Part shown: positions 46,202 through 55,684 of the stretch, piece after piece | How positions within the stretch are numbered: position 1 is the first letter of the stretch | Layout of the letters: every line of letters starts with the position of its first letter | Assembly: GCA_001819495.1 (NCBI GenBank) | Contig: MHMW01000021.1 | Coordinates: 10,706 to 74,705 of the forward strand | Length of the DNA stretch: 64,000 bases | Direction of reading: 5' to 3' | DNA from: Candidatus Portnoybacteria bacterium RBG_19FT_COMBO_36_7 | GTDB taxonomy: Bacteria; Patescibacteriota; Minisyncoccia; Portnoybacterales; GWB1-42-6 | Notes under the pieces: model-generated | Told to the model about the DNA's origin: nothing | Seen by the model: only the letters and a program-made list of their open reading frames with translations | The model's database searches: none | Made by a program: the position numbers and the translations under genes

Positions 46202-46278
46202 GGGCGGTTAGCTCAGCTGGCTAGAGCGTCACATTGACATTGTGAAGGTCAGTGGTTCAAGTCCACTACCGCCCACCA
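46202..46278 (+). tRNA. tRNA-Val (anticodon GAC), CCA encoded
   Basis: GGGCGGT...TCACA-TTGACAT-TGTGA...ACCGCCC-A-CCA. Confidence 0.8.
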
Positions 46279-46279
46279 A

Positions 46280-47068
46280 ATGAAGTCAAAAAAATCGGCC
46301 ATTTTTATTTTATTGCTTTTTACCGCCCTCGTTTTGGCGGGTGTTTTTTATTGGTCCTTCATAAAGACTCAGGACAAGCTAAATAATCTGCCGAATGAAT
46401 CAGCCCAAAATTATTCCAATCTGCCAAATACAGAGAAAGAGATTTCAACCTCCACTCCCCCGTTTGTAATCAAAGACGAAATTTCGCGCGGCAATCCCGC
46501 TAAAAAACAGATTATTTTTACTTTTGACGCCGGCGCCGGATCAAATTCTTTGCAAAAAATTCTTGAAGTGACCAAAGCACATAATTTAAAATTAACTTTT
46601 TTTAGTACCGGGAAATTTGCCCAGAAGTATCCAGATTTAATAAAACAAATTGCCGCGGAAGATCACGAAATTTTCAATCACACGTATTCTCATCCGCATT
46701 TGACCCAAATAACGGACGAACAAATAAAAGAAGAACTTGATAAAACGGAACAAATTATCATCGGCCTGACCGGCCAAACCACCAAACCATATTTCCGTCC
46801 TCCATATGGCGACCGCAATTCTTATGTGCTTGAATTAGCCAAAGAGGAAGGCTACCAATCTGTCTATTGGACCATCGATGCATGGGATTGGATGACCGAT
46901 AAAACCGAAGAACAAGTCAAAAACAGAATTTACTCAAATTTAAAAAATGGCTCAATAATCCTGATGCATATTGGTGATAATATCACGGGGAATATCCTAG
47001 AAGAAGTTTTTACAAAAATAAAAAATGACGGATACAAAATAGTCAGCTTAACCGAAGGATTAAAATGA
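46280..47068 (+). CDS. Polysaccharide deacetylase (NodB-homology, CE4) family protein, secreted
   Basis: FTFDAG, HTYSHPHL, RPPYGDRN motifs; N-terminal signal/anchor. Confidence 0.8.
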   Translation: MKSKKSAIFILLLFTALVLAGVFYWSFIKTQDKLNNLPNESAQNYSNLPNTEKEISTSTPPFVIKDEISRGNPAKKQIIFTFDAGAGSNSLQKILEVTKAHNLKLTFFSTGKFAQKYPDLIKQIAAEDHEIFNHTYSHPHLTQITDEQIKEELDKTEQIIIGLTGQTTKPYFRPPYGDRNSYVLELAKEEGYQSVYWTIDAWDWMTDKTEEQVKNRIYSNLKNGSIILMHIGDNITGNILEEVFTKIKNDGYKIVSLTEGLK

Positions 47069-47976
47069 AATTCATAGCCAAAAAAGAAAACGTTGGCCGG
47101 CGGCTCGATAAACTTATTGCCGGGTATTGGCCGCAATATTCGCGCGCCTATATTCAAAAACAGGTCAAAGGCGGCGCGGTTCTGGTCAACGGCCAGATAA
47201 AAAAATCTAGTTATTTATTGAAAGAAAACGACGAAATTGAGGCAAATATTTTACCACTTCCTGAAATTTCTCTTGAGCCTGACCAAACAATTGAACTAAA
47301 AATTATTTATGAGGACGATGACGTGATAGTGATTGATAAGCCTGCCGGTTTAATTGTTCATCCAAGCGCCACCCAGAAAAGCGGCACGCTTGTGAACGGC
47401 TTGCTCGCCCACTATCCCCTGCTCAAAGGCGTCGGAGAGGACCCAGTCAGACCAGGCATTGTCCATCGCCTTGATAAAGACACTTCTGGCCTGATGATTG
47501 TCTCTAAAAACAACGAATCGTTTGGATTCTTAAAAGACCAGTTCAAGAACAAAAAGGTTGAAAAAAAATATCTGGTTTTGGTGGCTGGCCGGCCGAAAGA
47601 ATCATCCGGCAAAATTAAAACTTTCATCAGCCGCAGCAAATCAGATCCGACCAGACAAAAAATTTCACAGCACGGAGCAAAAGAAGCAATCACTTTTTAC
47701 AAAACCATACGCGAATTTCGTAATTTTACTTTAATTGAGGCCGTTCCAAAAACCGGGCGCATGCATCAGATAAGAGTGCAGCTAGCTTGGCTGGGCAATC
47801 CAGTGACCTGCGACAATAAATACGGGCTAAAAAAGCGCGCCTGCCCCGAAGGCCTGACCAGGCAATTTCTGCACGCGGCAAAGCTGACAGTAGTCTTGCC
47901 CGACGGTCAAAAGAAATCTTTCATCAGCCATCTGCCGCCTGATCTCGATATAATATTAGCTAGCCTTGCCAGGTAG
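47065..47976 (+). CDS. RluA-family 23S rRNA pseudouridine synthase (RluD/RluC-like) with an S4 domain
   Basis: RLDKLIAG (S4), VIVIDKPAGLIVHP, HRLDKDTSGLMIV (catalytic Asp). Confidence 0.85.
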   Translation: MKFIAKKENVGRRLDKLIAGYWPQYSRAYIQKQVKGGAVLVNGQIKKSSYLLKENDEIEANILPLPEISLEPDQTIELKIIYEDDDVIVIDKPAGLIVHPSATQKSGTLVNGLLAHYPLLKGVGEDPVRPGIVHRLDKDTSGLMIVSKNNESFGFLKDQFKNKKVEKKYLVLVAGRPKESSGKIKTFISRSKSDPTRQKISQHGAKEAITFYKTIREFRNFTLIEAVPKTGRMHQIRVQLAWLGNPVTCDNKYGLKKRACPEGLTRQFLHAAKLTVVLPDGQKKSFISHLPPDLDIILASLAR

Positions 47977-48045
47977 TGAAAATTCGACATTTTTTTTGAT
48001 TTTTGATCGCCTTCGGCGATCAGTCGAATTTCTACTACCTGGCTT
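47968..48045. repeat. Family-B inverted-repeat element, copy 3 (core palindrome gatcgccttcggcgatc)
   Basis: gccaggtagtgaaaattcgac ... gtcgaatttctactacctggc. Confidence 0.55.
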
Positions 48046-48127
48046 GAAATAAAATGATATTTGTGCTAAAATTTCAAAGTTAATATAATTAAGACAGTAT
48101 TTCACCGAAAGACTGTTTTTATATACT

Positions 48128-48192
48128 TTGCCAGGTAGTGAAATTCGACTGCTGCCTGGCAACCATTTAATTTTAAATTGTCGAATTTCTAT
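48128..48192. repeat. Family-B inverted-repeat element, copy 4 (short core)
   Basis: gccaggtagtgaaattcgac tgctgcctggcaaccatttaattttaaattg tcgaatttctattacctagc. Confidence 0.5.
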
Positions 48193-48200
48193 TACCTAGC

Positions 48201-48587
48201 ATGAAAATGACAGAAGAACAACTGAAAAAAGATCTGCCGGAAATTAAGCCCGGCTATACCGTTATTGTCCACCAAAAAATTAAGGAAGGCGACAAAGAAA
48301 GAATCCAGCATTTTCAGGGACTGGTTATTGCTCAAAAACATGGCTCTGGAATAAACGCTACTTTTACCGTGCGCAAAATTTCCGCCGGCGTGGCGGTTGA
48401 ACGAATTTTCCCGCTTCATTCTCCAAACATCCAAAAAATTGAAGTAGTCAAAAAATCAAAAGTGCGGCGGGCCAAACTCTATTATCTTCGCGGCCGTTTT
48501 GGCAAACAGGCAAAGATGAAAAAGACAGAGGCGGTGGTGCCCGAAACCGTTTTGCCGGAGCAAACGCCTGACCAAACTGCTGAATAA
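48201..48587 (+). CDS. rplS: 50S ribosomal protein L19
   Basis: [34 protein letters not shown]...[21 protein letters not shown]. Confidence 0.9.
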   Translation: MKMTEEQLKKDLPEIKPGYTVIVHQKIKEGDKERIQHFQGLVIAQKHGSGINATFTVRKISAGVAVERIFPLHSPNIQKIEVVKKSKVRRAKLYYLRGRFGKQAKMKKTEAVVPETVLPEQTPDQTAE

Positions 48588-48591
48588 AAAC

Positions 48592-48673
48592 GCGCGGGTG
48601 GCGGAATTGGTATACGCGTATGCTTGAGGTGCATATGCCGCAAGGCTTGGAGGTTCGAGTCCTCTCCCGCGCA
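48592..48673 (+). tRNA. tRNA-Leu (anticodon GAG)
   Basis: GCGCGGG...TATGC-TTGAGGT-GCATA, long variable arm, GGAGG-TTCGAGT-CCTCT, CCCGCGC-A. Confidence 0.75.
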
Positions 48674-48718
48674 CAATAGTGAGCTTGCGGCGACTCGTTT
48701 ATTCACCCCGTTAGATTA

Positions 48719-48790
48719 GGGCAATTAGCTCAATGGCAGAGCGTCTGCTTTACACGCAGAAGGCTGTAGGTTCAATCCCTACATTGCCCA
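48719..48790 (+). tRNA. tRNA-Val (anticodon TAC)
   Basis: GGGCAAT-TA-GCTC-AATGGCA-GAGC-G-TCTGC-TTTACAC-GCAGA-AGGCT-GTAGG-TTCAATC-CCTAC-ATTGCCC-A. Confidence 0.75.
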
Positions 48791-48850
48791 CGAGGTACCC
48801 TTATCTAACGGGGTAGGCCGCAGGCGCGCCCCGTACCGAGCTTTGCTTTG

Positions 48851-48880
48851 GTACTGGGGTTCAATCCTTACATCGCCCAC
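48851..48880 (+). other. Partial duplicate of the tRNA-Val(TAC) 3' end, ~65 bp downstream of the intact gene
   Basis: ggggttcaatccttacatcgcccac versus the tRNA 3' end ggttcaatccctacattgcccac. The 65-bp spacer contains the palindrome cggggtaggccgcaggcgcgccccg. Confidence 0.45.
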
Positions 48881-48958
48881 AATTCTGGCTTATAGCATAT
48901 AGCTTATGGCAAATAGCAATTTACTATTGGCTATAAGCGATTAGTGATAAGCCAAATC

Positions 48959-49034
48959 GCCGGGGTAGCCAAGGTGGTTACGGCGCGGCTCTGAAAAAGC
49001 TGAGATGTCGGTTCAACTCCGACCCCCGGCACCA
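48959..49034 (+). tRNA. tRNA-Phe (anticodon GAA), CCA encoded
   Basis: GCCGGGG-TA-GCCA...CGGCT-CTGAAAA-AGCTG...GTCGG-TTCAACT-CCGAC-CCCCGGC-A-CCA. Confidence 0.8.
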
Positions 49035-49155
49035 AACTAAGTTAAAAGTTTAAAATTAAAAATGAAAAATTTAGGTATCGCTTCGCGATAAAATATAAAT
49101 TACACACGGAGCACATACCTTTATTTTTAACTTTTCACTTTTAATTTTTAACTAT
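49035..49155. repeat. AT-rich repeat element with inverted arms (ttaaaattaaaaatgaaaaatt / aacttttcacttttaattttt) around the palindrome tatcgcttcgcgata, between tRNA-Phe and tRNA-Gly
   Basis: Same arm motifs as the 16S V3 insertion and the 59150-59300 element. Confidence 0.5.
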
Positions 49156-49159
49156 TTCT

Positions 49160-49231
<72 letters not shown>

Positions 49232-49574
49232 CCCATCCTCCGCCGAGGCTACGGAATGGTACGCTTTGACGGAAAACAATAAATGCGGATGTATGGTATT
49301 CCGTATCCGTCAGCCGACGGAGAAGGATACCATCGCCCGCTCTTTATTTTATTTTTTATGTTTTACATTTATGTTTTAAAAGGTCTCAAAGATAAACGGA
49401 CATATTTAATAGCAAACTGAAAAAACATTGTATTGGACAGGTTAAATCAACAAAACATAGACTTCCTGTTCAATTATTATTTACTGAAATGTATTTAACA
49501 TCAAAAGAAGCAAAAAGACACGGATTGTGGTGGAAAAGTGGAGCGGGCAGAAGGAAATTAAAAGAAATATACAG

Positions 49575-49608
49575 ATAAAACAAAAAACCCTTCCAAAATC
49601 GGGGGTTT
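49575..49608. terminator. Bidirectional rho-independent terminator (serves the hup gene on the minus strand)
   Basis: caaaaaacccttccaaaatcgggggttttttgtttt. Confidence 0.6.
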
Positions 49609-49636
49609 TTTGTTTTATGAGAAATTTCTTACAAAT

Positions 49637-49909
49637 TTACCTTACTGCATCCTTCAGCGCTTTGCCAGCTTTGAATTTAGGAACTTTCATGGCCGGGATC
49701 TGAATTTTGGCGCCGGTCTTTGGATTAACGCCTTTGCGGGCGGCACGCTTTGAAACCTGAAAAGCGCCAAAACCGGTCAGAACAACCTTATCCCCTTTTT
49801 GTATGGCTTTGGTTATGGTTTCAAGCGTTCCTTCCAGACATTCGGCTGCCGCTTTTTTTGAACAAGCACATTTGGAAGCGATTGCTTCAATTAATTCGTC
49901 TTTTGTCAT
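49637..49909 (-). CDS. hup: HU-family DNA-binding protein
   Basis: MTKDELIEAIA ... VLTGFGAFQVSKRAARKGVNPKTGAKIQIPAMKVPKFKAGKALKDAV. Confidence 0.85.
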   Translation of the reverse strand: MTKDELIEAIASKCACSKKAAAECLEGTLETITKAIQKGDKVVLTGFGAFQVSKRAARKGVNPKTGAKIQIPAMKVPKFKAGKALKDAVR

Positions 49910-49931
49910 AATGATTTAATAGTCTTAATAA

Positions 49932-50747
49932 TCAAACATCGACCTTTGTGACTAATTTTATCTTCTCTATATTTTGAGCCAAACCTGTTTTATCGTCAAT
50001 AGTGATAAGCACTGCATTAACTAAAACCGGCCCTTCTGCCACTTCCATATGATAAGGCATCTGCGTTAAAAATCTTTTTATTATTATATCTTTATCTACG
50101 CCAAGCACTGAATTCTCCACCCCGACCATGCCCACATCGGAAACATAGGCAGTGCCGCCGGGCAAAACCCTGGCATCATCTGTTCCGATATGGGTATGCG
50201 TACCAACAACAGCCGAAACTTTTCCGTCCAAATACCAGCCCATGGCCATTTTTTCTGAAGTCGCCTCGGCATGCCAGTCAATGATTATGGCAGACACCTT
50301 TTCCTTGCCCGATTCTTTTTTCAGCGAGTAGTCTTCCAAAATTTCTTTGACGCAGACAAACGGATTATCAAACTGCTGCTGCATGAAAACACGGCCAATT
50401 AGATTAGCCAAAAGAATTTTTTTTGACCTGATATTGATTTGAAAAAATCCTTTTCCAGCAATTTCTGGTGCCCAATTAGCCGGCCTTAAAATCGGCAGTT
50501 TTTTCTCTTCAAGAATATCCATGGTACCTTTTTTGGCAAAAGCGTGGTTTCCCAAGGTCAACCAGTCAATTCCCGCATCAGCCATTTCTTTGACGCTGTC
50601 GCCTGAAATTCCTTTACCGTGCGCTAAATTCTCTCCGTTGGCCAAGATCAAATCGGGATCGTATTGCTTTTTCAATTCCGGTAGGACTTTTTTTATGGCC
50701 GACCTCCCCGGCTTCCCAACTATATCTCCAAAAAATAAGACTTTCAT
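49932..50747 (-). CDS. YmdB-family metallophosphoesterase (TIGR00282, 2',3'-cNMP phosphodiesterase-like)
   Basis: MKVLFFGDIVGKPGR ... ANGENLAHGKGI ... GNHAF. Confidence 0.8.
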   Translation of the reverse strand: MKVLFFGDIVGKPGRSAIKKVLPELKKQYDPDLILANGENLAHGKGISGDSVKEMADAGIDWLTLGNHAFAKKGTMDILEEKKLPILRPANWAPEIAGKGFFQINIRSKKILLANLIGRVFMQQQFDNPFVCVKEILEDYSLKKESGKEKVSAIIIDWHAEATSEKMAMGWYLDGKVSAVVGTHTHIGTDDARVLPGGTAYVSDVGMVGVENSVLGVDKDIIIKRFLTQMPYHMEVAEGPVLVNAVLITIDDKTGLAQNIEKIKLVTKVDV

Positions 50748-50754
50748 TTAATTC

Positions 50755-50885
50755 AAACTGCAAAGCGCAAAAATCAAAATGACAGTTCAAAATTTAAAAT
50801 TTTACATTTTGCATTGCTCGCCTCGCTGTAACTTTGGCGAAGCGGGTCATTTTGCACTTTGATTTTTTATTTTTGAATTAAGCAA
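50755..50885. repeat. AT-rich repeat block homologous to 30320-30430 (gcaaaaat[ct]aaaatgacag[at]tcaaaatt) plus the GC palindrome gctcgcctcgctg...cgaagcgggtc
   Basis: About 30/35-nt identity to the 30330-30365 segment. Confidence 0.45.
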
Positions 50886-50888
50886 ACG

Positions 50889-52418
50889 TTAGCGAGCATA
50901 TTCTACCACTCTTGTTTCCCTTATCACATTAACCTTTATCTCTCCCGGATATTTCAGTTCTTCCTGAATTCGGTCCGCAATCTGACGGGCCAGTTTTCGC
51001 GCGGCTAAATCGTCAAGTTTTTCTGGATGAATAAAAACCCTGATTTCGCGGCCAGCCTGAATGGCAAAAGTTTTTTCCACCCCTTCAAATGAATTAGCGA
51101 TCTTTTCCAGCTCCTCGAGTCTTTTCAAATAAGCTTCTAAAGTGTCTTTTCTGGCACCCGGCCTGGCTCCGGAAATTGCATCAGCTACCTGAATAATGAC
51201 CGATTCTAAGCTTTCATGAGGATATTCTTCATGGTGTGATATTACTGCTTTGATAATGTCTGGCGAAATATTGAATTTTTCTAGAATCATTTTACCGATC
51301 TCGGTGTGCGAACCCTGGATTTCGTGGTCAATTGCTTTGCCAATATCATGAAGCAGGCCGGCCTTTTTCGCCACCGAAACATCCGCGCCGATTTCAGCCG
51401 CAATGGCCGCTGCCAAATGCGCTACTTCAACCGAATGAAGCAGAACATTCTGGCCGTAACTGGTTCGGAATCTCAAGCGGCCCAGAATTTTAACTAGCTT
51501 TGGGTCAAGCCCGGCGATTCCTGTGTCAAAAGCTGCTGCCTCGCCCGCTTCCTGGATTTTATTACCAATCTCGTCTCTGGCTTTTTCAACTGCTTCCTCG
51601 ATTCTGGCTGGCTGAATTCGGCCATCGCTCATTAATTTTTCCAAAGCCAGCTTGGCAACCTGGCGCCTGACCGGATCAAAACCCGATATGACAATGGCGC
51701 CTGGCGTATCATCCACTATCACCTCAACGCCCGTTAATTTCTCCAATGTTTTAATATTACGGCCTTCTTTGCCGATAATCCTGCCTTTTAAGTCATCGGA
51801 AGGAAGTTCAACAGTGGTCGTTGAAATTTCGGCCGCCTGAGAAGCGGCGTAGCGCTGCATAGCGAGCGTAATGATATCTCGGGCTTTCTTTTCTAATTCC
51901 TGCCTTCCATCATCTTCCAATTTCTTGATTCTTTCAAGCAGAACCTGCTGGTGGTCTTTCTCTATTAAATCCAGTAGCTCTTTTTTTGCTTCTTCCTGGG
52001 AAAGCCCTGATATTCTTTCTAGATTTTCTCTCTGTTTCTGGCCGAATCCCTCCAGCTCCTGCTTGATTTGTTTCACTTTGTCTATTTTTTCTGTTAATTC
52101 CTGGAATTTTTTGTCTGTTTCTTCGGTTTTTCTATCCAGGTTTTCTTCTCTTTTTTCCAGCCGCTCTTCCATTTTAATCACCTGTTGTTTTCTTTCTTTT
52201 TCTTCTTTCTCCGCTTCTTCAATTATCTGCACTGCTCTGTCTTTGGCCTTAAAAAGTGTTTCTTTCGCTTCTTGTTTTGCATCTTCAATCAATTTATTTA
52301 ATTTAGATTCAACCGTTCCCAATTGTTTTTTGGCGATTGTCTGGCGAGCCAAATAACCTAAAAATGACCCAAGAGACAGGGCCACAATAACGACAATTAT
52401 ATATCCTAAGTATTCCAT
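50889..52418 (-). CDS. rny: Ribonuclease Y
   Basis: N-terminal TM helix, coiled coil, KH domain (IGKEGRNIKTLEKLTGV), HD domain (HSVEVAHLA...LLHDIGK). Confidence 0.85.
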   Translation of the reverse strand: MEYLGYIIVVIVALSLGSFLGYLARQTIAKKQLGTVESKLNKLIEDAKQEAKETLFKAKDRAVQIIEEAEKEEKERKQQVIKMEERLEKREENLDRKTEETDKKFQELTEKIDKVKQIKQELEGFGQKQRENLERISGLSQEEAKKELLDLIEKDHQQVLLERIKKLEDDGRQELEKKARDIITLAMQRYAASQAAEISTTTVELPSDDLKGRIIGKEGRNIKTLEKLTGVEVIVDDTPGAIVISGFDPVRRQVAKLALEKLMSDGRIQPARIEEAVEKARDEIGNKIQEAGEAAAFDTGIAGLDPKLVKILGRLRFRTSYGQNVLLHSVEVAHLAAAIAAEIGADVSVAKKAGLLHDIGKAIDHEIQGSHTEIGKMILEKFNISPDIIKAVISHHEEYPHESLESVIIQVADAISGARPGARKDTLEAYLKRLEELEKIANSFEGVEKTFAIQAGREIRVFIHPEKLDDLAARKLARQIADRIQEELKYPGEIKVNVIRETRVVEYAR

Positions 52419-52472
52419 AGTTAGAGCGTTTTTTGGCTCTAACCACTAATTAGCGCTAGTTTGCAATAGCAA

Positions 52473-53057
52473 TTAATCTTTGGCTTTGATAATCTTATCT
52501 ATCAGCCCATAAGCTTTTGCTTCCTCGGCCGACATATAAAAATCACGGTCCGTGTCTTTTTCAACCTTTTTTATCTCCTGCCCAGTGTGTTTTGCTAAAA
52601 TTTGATTCAGTTTATCTTTGACTTTGATTATCTGGCGCGCCGCAATGTCAACGTCAACTGCTTGACCTTCGGCGCCGCCCATCACCTGATGCAGAAGCGC
52701 CTGGGAATTTGGCAGCATATAACGTTTCCCTTTCGTGCCGGCTGTCAGAAGAACCGCACCCATTGAAGCGGCCACACCCACGCAGACGGTTGAGACGTCC
52801 GCTTTGACAAACCGCATCGTATCATAAATCGCCAAGCCGGAATAAACCACTCCGCCAGGCGTGTTTATATACATCGTGATATCTTTTTTGGGATCTTGAC
52901 TGTCTAAAAACAGGAGCTGGGCAACGACCGTGTTGGCCACCGCATCAGTAATCGGACTGCCCAAAAATATAATCCTTTCTTTCAGGAGCCGGGAGTAGAT
53001 ATCATAGGCGCGCTCGCCAAATTGAGATTTTTCTATGACCGTAGGAATCAAATTCAT
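52473..53057 (-). CDS. clpP: ATP-dependent Clp protease proteolytic subunit
   Basis: [18 protein letters not shown] ... [11 protein letters not shown] (catalytic Ser), HQVMGG (His). Confidence 0.9.
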   Translation of the reverse strand: MNLIPTVIEKSQFGERAYDIYSRLLKERIIFLGSPITDAVANTVVAQLLFLDSQDPKKDITMYINTPGGVVYSGLAIYDTMRFVKADVSTVCVGVAASMGAVLLTAGTKGKRYMLPNSQALLHQVMGGAEGQAVDVDIAARQIIKVKDKLNQILAKHTGQEIKKVEKDTDRDFYMSAEEAKAYGLIDKIIKAKD

Positions 53058-53124
53058 TGAAGCCTAAATTCTTAATTAATGGTTAGATAGAAAAACATTT
53101 AAATTACTTTTTTTAATAACCTGA

Positions 53125-53225
53125 ATAAAATTTATTCGGGTCATTCGGGTCTCATTCGGGTTATTCGGGTCTGTCTAAAAGCGACACGAATATACAAATG
53201 CATCCGAATTATCCGAATAGATTTA
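53125..53225. repeat. Tandem nonamer/decamer repeats (tcattcgggt x4) plus cgacacgaat / catccgaatta motifs upstream of clpP. Same family as 13920-13985
   Basis: ttattcgggtcattcgggtctcattcgggttattcgggtctg...gcgacacgaatatacaaatgcatccgaattatccgaatag. Confidence 0.5.
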
Positions 53226-53232
53226 TAAATTA

Positions 53233-54513
53233 TCACTCCTCAAGCAATTTAAAAACTTTTTCGTTTTTCAGGATATCTTGAGTATATTGTGAAAGTTGTT
53301 CTTTGTCAATCTGATGATCGGTCTGATCGGCCGTCTCAAAATGGCTCAGGGTCTTATTCATTTCCTGTTTAAGTTCTTCTTCGGTCACTTCAATTTTTTC
53401 CTGCTTGGCCATTTCCTGCAAAACCAAAAAGTTTTTCACATTCTGCTGGGCTTTCTCCCTAAATTCCTTTAATAATTCCGGCTCTGTTTTGTTGAATTTT
53501 TCAAGATATTTTTCGTATTCAAGTCCAATCTGGCTAACTTTGCTTTTTAGGTCATCCAACAATCTTTGTATTTCTCCCTGGATTAAAACCTCGGGAATTT
53601 CCATCCCAGACTTTTCTGCGATTTTTTCTATCAGAGCCGTTCGCCATCTCTCTTTTTCCTGTTCTTTCTTTTCGGCTACTAAACCCTCTTTAATGCTGTC
53701 TTTCAACGCCGAAGCATCCTTAAAATTGCCGACTCTCTTTGCGAATTCATCATTGAATTCGGCCGCTTCTATTTCTTGCACCAAATTCATTTTTGTTTTG
53801 AAATCCACATTTTTGCCGGCCAAATTTTTGGCTGAGAAACCAGCCGGGAAAGAAACTTTAAATTCCTTCTTTTCACCTTCTTTCATACCCAAAATATTTT
53901 CTTCAAATTCAGGCATAAAATAACCTCTGCCCAGAATCGCCGGATGGTTTTTGCTTGTTAATTCCGCTAAATTTTGACCTTCGCACTGACCTTCAAAATC
54001 GATCTCAATCCTGTCTCCAGCGGCGCAGGCCCGGGCCACGGTTATGTATTTGGCCCGCGATTTTAAAAGCCAGTCAATCGCTTTTTTTATTTCCTCCTCA
54101 CTGACCGAAACTTCCTTCAGGTCTTTTTTAAATGATCCGGCGATTTTTTTGTAATCGGGCAAATTAATTTCAGGCATCACCGCCACCTTTGCTTTAAATT
54201 CAAAAGGGTTATCCTTGGCTATTTTTGTTACCGATATTTCCGGCTTGCTGACCGGCTCAAGTTTATAATCCATCACCGTGCGCACATAGGATTTACGCAC
54301 GCAATGCTCGGCCGCGTGTTCCAAAATATGGTCGGCCCCGATCTTTTCTTCCACCATTTTGGCCGGCACATGCCCCGGCCTGAATCCCTCAATTTTCAAA
54401 TCGGCTGCTAGTTCTCGCGTCGCCTCATCTATAAATTCGTGCCACTCTTGAGTTGGCACTTCTATTTTCAACTCTATTTCTGATTTGGGAAGTTTTGTGA
54501 TATCTACTTTCAT
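53233..54513 (-). CDS. tig: Trigger factor
   Basis: N-terminal ribosome-binding domain (GFRPGHVP), PPIase-like middle domain, C-terminal arm; 426 aa. Confidence 0.85.
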   Translation of the reverse strand: MKVDITKLPKSEIELKIEVPTQEWHEFIDEATRELAADLKIEGFRPGHVPAKMVEEKIGADHILEHAAEHCVRKSYVRTVMDYKLEPVSKPEISVTKIAKDNPFEFKAKVAVMPEINLPDYKKIAGSFKKDLKEVSVSEEEIKKAIDWLLKSRAKYITVARACAAGDRIEIDFEGQCEGQNLAELTSKNHPAILGRGYFMPEFEENILGMKEGEKKEFKVSFPAGFSAKNLAGKNVDFKTKMNLVQEIEAAEFNDEFAKRVGNFKDASALKDSIKEGLVAEKKEQEKERWRTALIEKIAEKSGMEIPEVLIQGEIQRLLDDLKSKVSQIGLEYEKYLEKFNKTEPELLKEFREKAQQNVKNFLVLQEMAKQEKIEVTEEELKQEMNKTLSHFETADQTDHQIDKEQLSQYTQDILKNEKVFKLLEE

Positions 54514-54596
54514 TTATTTTTGACAAAATTTGTGATTATGATAAATTTATGTATCAGCTAAAATCTAGCTGAAATAGTTCCTAAAAGGAGGACAAA

Positions 54597-55079
54597 ATGA
54601 GCCAAAAAAAGAAAGCTAAACCAAAACCTATCGCAAGATTATATTCCCGCCATATATCTTTAGGCATTCTTGTTCCAGAAAATTATGCCCGAGATCTTGT
54701 TGAACTTATCCAAATCGGCATCCCTTTTAGTTTTAAAGGATATCGCAATCCAAATGAAAAAGGATATGTCGTTCTTGAATTCGAAATTATAGGAACAGCG
54801 GAGACAAGATTCAATGAGGATCTGGAATCATTCTTCAAAGAAAAAGGTGTTACCTTTGATAAACCATCTACCCTCCGGCCCAAAGACGAAATAAAGCAGG
54901 TCCTTCAACGGGCCGAAAAAGCAGCTGAAACATCCAAAAAAGAAGTAGATAATGCTCATGCTCTCTTACGAGACGAAAAGGCAATTATTGTTAAAAGAAT
55001 GGGCATCCATCATGGAGTGATTCATGCTCTTTCTTGGGTTATGAACCAAAAAGGTATCGGCGAAATTGCGCCTGTTTAA
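54597..55079 (+). CDS. Hypothetical protein (160 aa)
   Basis: Good RBS (aaaaggaggacaaaATG); no recognisable family. Confidence 0.45.
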   Translation: MSQKKKAKPKPIARLYSRHISLGILVPENYARDLVELIQIGIPFSFKGYRNPNEKGYVVLEFEIIGTAETRFNEDLESFFKEKGVTFDKPSTLRPKDEIKQVLQRAEKAAETSKKEVDNAHALLRDEKAIIVKRMGIHHGVIHALSWVMNQKGIGEIAPV

Positions 55080-55099
55080 TTAAACCAAATCTTAATCAT

Positions 55100-55135
55100 C
55101 CCGACCAGTCCGCACGACTGGTCTTTTTTTTGTTT
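55100..55135 (+). terminator. Rho-independent terminator
   Basis: ccgaccagtccgcacgactggtcttttttttgtttc. Confidence 0.6.
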
Positions 55136-55162
55136 CTTGAATTTTCCTCCCCTCCTCAGATG

Positions 55163-55628
55163 AGGAGGGGCTGGGGGTGGTGTTGATTTTTTAACTTCAA
55201 CACCTCACCTCTATCTCCTATCCTCAACTGAGGAGAGGAGAATAATTTGAAATTATTTTAAATTTTCAAAGATTTTTAACAAAACTCCGTCTAAATTATT
55301 ATTCACATCATTATCCCAAAATCTTAAAACTTTGAAGTCTAAGTTTTCTAAATACCCATCGCGTTTCTTGTCGTATTCTGAATCTATGTGCTGGCTACCG
55401 TCTATTTCAATAATTAGACGCTTCTTCGGACAGTAAAAATCTACAATATATTTACCAATGGAATGTTGCCTTCTAAATTTATAACCCAATCGGCTACTTC
55501 TTAAGCGCAACCAGAGAATAATTTCTTGAGGGGTTGATGATTTTCGCAACTTTTTACGAAACTCTTTTTTATTTTTTAAATTATGGACAGTGCGCATTAA
55601 ATCAACACCCCACCCTACCCCTCCCCTC
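55163..55628. mobile_element. About 466-bp mini-element: a DUF559 endonuclease gene bounded by ~26-bp G/C-rich imperfect terminal inverted repeats, each embedded in a hairpin
   Basis: Left gaggaggggctgggggtggtgttgat (55163-55188). Right atcaacaccccaccctacccctcccctc (55601-55628), reverse complement gaggggaggggtagggtggggtgttgat. Confidence 0.45.
55253..55597 (-). CDS. DUF559 / Vsr-like (PD-(D/E)xK) endonuclease-domain protein
   Basis: STPQEIILWLRLRSSRLGYKFRRQHSIGKYIVDFYCPKKRLIIEIDGSQH...KRDGYLENLDFKVLRFW; start taken at MRTVHNL. Confidence 0.6.
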   Translation of the reverse strand: MRTVHNLKNKKEFRKKLRKSSTPQEIILWLRLRSSRLGYKFRRQHSIGKYIVDFYCPKKRLIIEIDGSQHIDSEYDKKRDGYLENLDFKVLRFWDNDVNNNLDGVLLKIFENLK

Positions 55629-55684
55629 AACCGAAGGGAGGGAAAAAAAGTAAATTCTCAATCGAGTAAAGGGAATAAAAAAAT

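Noticed and set aside
49330-49570. About 240 bp non-coding AT-rich stretch after the tRNA-Gly scar containing a 28-codon ORF (MYLTSKEAKRHGLWWKSGAGRRKLKEIYR)
   Set aside because: Too short, with no RBS. It contains ggagcgggc, the reverse complement of part of the tRNA-Gly 3' end, so it is probably further scar material rather than a gene.
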